From NCBI RefSeq assembly GCF_018350175.1, contig NC_058368.1:145206001-145270000 (forward strand): DNA of 64,000 nt, read 5' to 3'. Shown here in pieces: positions 61,091-64,000 of this stretch. Both the position numbers and the translations under genes were made by a program. The stretch comes from Felis catus (lineage: Eukaryota). The notes beneath the pieces were generated by a model, which was not told where the DNA came from, did no database searches, and was given only the letters and a program-made list of their open reading frames with translations. Position 1 is the first letter of the stretch; every line of letters begins with the position of its first letter.

Positions 61091-62664
61091 CTTCCTAATC
61101 ACTGATAAAATGAAGGACAGTGAACTTCTTTCCTTGATATTTTCTTCATCAGTACATTTCTCAATATTATGTCATTTCTTCTTGGCCCAGAAAATGAATG
61201 CCACCCCCTGGTTCAAGGCTCACTCCCTACCCTTTTGCCCCCTCCTGTATCCCCAACTGCTCTCTTCCTTCTGTTCTTTACTCTTAGCCTAAAATGCACT
61301 AATTTCCAACCCTTCTCTAACATGTTCCATCTTTATCTTTCCTTTTTCACCAAAACTTTTCAAAGGGTTAGTTTACATCACTTTCTCTACTTCCACTTCC
61401 ATTCCCTTCTCTGCATACTGTTTTCATATTCCAGTCACTTTAGGTCATCAGTGGTTTCATATTGGCAAGTCCATTAACATCTTTGGACCTCTCTTTTACA
61501 TTTGACAATGTCTCTCACTTTACTTCTCAAAGCCATCTCTCTGGCCTAGGTTCTGAGATGAGACACTGCTCTCTCCTAGTCCCCCTAAAACCTTCCTAGC
61601 CACTCCTTTTCTATTCTCTTATAAGTTATTCTTCTGTCCACTGCTTTTTTCATGCTACATACTCTCTTGGGTAATCTAACTGCTTCATGATTTTCATTTT
61701 TACCATATACTGATGACACTGAAATGAATTTCAAATATTTGCTATATATTTACATCTTGATGTTCTAAGGGCATCTCAAATTCAACTTAACAAAAACAGA
61801 ACCTATTATCTTACTCCTAAGTCTGCTTTCCCTGCTATATTCTCTATCTCAGTTCATAGTGCCATGATTTTCCAGAGATGCAAGCCTAAAGTCTTGAGTA
61901 CCATTTTTGTCTTCTGACCTTCACCTCCCAACACTTTGTTGGTCTTCCAAAATATTTACCGAATTGATTTGCTCCTTGTAGTAGACACTGATGGCCACCT
62001 GTTCAACAAATGTTCTCCCTGTCTTCTTCCTTAGTAACAGAATTCCAATTTTGTTCAGGTATCCACATGATTCTGTAAAGATATATGCTTGAAGGAAAGC
62101 TGGCATCCATCTTTGTTCCAGTTCCAAAGGATGAGTCTTGATTTGTCTGTTCTACACTAACCATTATAATTCTTGTCAAAGAATAACTCAAAAATGTTTG
62201 AGTACTAGATGATGCTTTCTATAGTTATTTGTACAGTTTGGGGGAGAAATACTTGTTACATGCTAAATGTAGACCTATTTGGGTATGGTGGGATTTTTTT
62301 AAAAGGGAAGAAAAGGCCATATTCATTGCCTCTGATTAGTTGTGACTGAGGAATGTTGGTGATCTGCAATTCTAGAAGTTGGATTTTCTTATCTACATCA
62401 TTTCTGAAATGCATGGTTACTAAATTTGAACTCCTATAACTGGAGAGAGACTCTCTTAAGGAAATATATACAACTAGATCTGTCATTTATTTAGCATGTT
62501 ATCAAGTATTATAAAATGCTTCATCATAGCCTTGTTAATAGATGCTTGCCCAGGGCAAGTAATAATTTACTGGACAAGGTATAAAGGTTCTAATTTTATT
62601 CATTTCCTACTATATATTTTGTATAAAGGAAAACAGCTTACAGAGCCTTCAATTCCCCCCCCCA

Positions 62665-63310
62665 ACTTTTTTATTTTGAAAATTTTCAAGTACAGTGAAA
62701 ACTCACCATACCCTTCACCTAAGATCACCAATCATTAACATTCTGCGACATATGCTCTCTATCTTTCCCCAACATGAACACACGCACACACACAGACACA
62801 CACACTTTTTTATAGCTGAACAGTTTGAAAATAAGTTGCAGACATCATCCCTTCATCCCTTCATCCTTCCACATGTGTCTCCTAAGAATAGAGACATTCT
62901 CCTACACAGCCACAATATCATTGTCATACTCAAGGAATTTAGCATTGATACAATGAAAGTATCTAATATAAAGTCTATATTCAAATTTCCCTAATTGTCC
63001 TAAGTCTAATTTAGCTTTTTTTTTTCTCACTGGGATCTTATCAAGAATCGTGCATTGTACTTAGTTATGTCTTTCTAGTCTTCCTTTCTCTAAAACAGTC
63101 CCTTTGCTTTTTAAAAACTTTCATGACATTGGTATTTCTGAAGAATCCAGACCCATCATTTTGTAAAATGTCCCACAATATATATCTGATAGTTGCCTTA
63201 TGGTTGGATTCAGGTTAAACATTTTTGGCAAAAATACTACATGAGATATTTTCCTAGTACAGAACATGAAAAACTTGTTCCATTAATGGTGATGCTAAAT
63301 TTGATCAATT
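62665..63310 (-). mobile_element. L1MC4/5-like 3' end
   Basis: ttttattttgaaaattttcaa...gaaaataagttgcagacatcat...ctcctaagaata...ggattcaggttaaacatttttggca. Confidence 0.8.
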
Positions 63311-63913
63311 CTCTCCCTCTCCCTCTCTCTTTCTGTCTCTGTCTACCTCCCTTTTAGTGCACTTCTCAAGTGAATCATTTATTATGGGAATTTCAGAGAG
63401 ATGAGACCAATATCTCCATTCATTGAGCATTTAGTAAAGTGAAATGGACAATAGGGTATTTATTTTTAAAAATACTTTTAAAATAAAATGGTCAGGTTTC
63501 AATTATCTGGATATTTTCATTAAAACATTTATAACATCTTGGGAAGCAAAATTATCTGCATAGTTGTCTCAAATCTTCAATTCTCTTTGTTCAAAGAGAT
63601 CTGGCCAGCTAATGGCATCTATTATCTTCAATTCACAAATCATCACAAAATTTAAATGGCTTAAAAGCAACATGATATAGTGGAAAAAAAGAGATTAATC
63701 CAGAGTCTAGAGTCATCAAACCTGTCTAATGACCTTAAGCAAATCATGTGTTCTTCCTGGACCTCAGTATTCTCTTCTGTGTAATGGAGAAACAGGACTT
63801 TAGGATCTCTCAGCTTCTATCAGTTTAAAGGTTTATTTATATCTCTAGTTAACTGCCATATATGCTGAATAATTTGACTCATAAATGCTTATCTTTGTGC
63901 AAGATCAGGTTAA

Positions 63914-63973
63914 CTTATTAATTAATTAATTAATTAATCAATTTATTTATTTATGTATTTATTTATTTATTTA
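63914..63973. repeat. (TTAA)n/(TTTA)n simple repeat
   Basis: ttaattaattaat...tttatttatttat. Confidence 0.9.
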
Positions 63974-64000
63974 CTTTGCTGGTGGAAATAATGGAATATT

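Noticed and set aside
1..64000. CRISPR array, prokaryotic system or non-retroviral endogenous virus
   Set aside because: No repeat-spacer array, operon structure or long viral-like ORF seen; the sequence is typical carnivoran genomic DNA.

Overview
AT-rich mammalian genomic DNA from a carnivoran, most likely a felid: Can-SINEs with (CT)n/A tails, carnivore-type L1 3' ends, and older MIR, L2, MLT and hAT elements. I found no intact protein-coding gene; almost all ORFs in the track are chance or repeat-derived. The main discovery is a decayed multi-exon gene on the minus strand, about 46.5 kb to 1.7 kb, sitting in the repeat-free gaps. About 35 candidate exons have recognisable AG/GT boundaries, many separated by 70-150 nt introns. 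A run of 17 consecutive exons (45381 to 31311) splices into one reading frame, broken by scattered stops, eroded splice sites and a 35-nt retro-insertion. The reconstructed peptide repeatedly shows motifs resembling RGS domains of RGS22/RGSL1-like proteins; this is an inference from by-eye comparison only. The probable unitary pseudogene points away from a CpG-island promoter at about 48.9-49.6 kb, which likely starts a plus-strand gene with a non-coding first exon. An L1 retrocopy that ends in a poly(A) tail inside ORF2 lies at 58.5-59.9 kb. All repeat family names are by-eye assignments and need RepeatMasker/Dfam confirmation.
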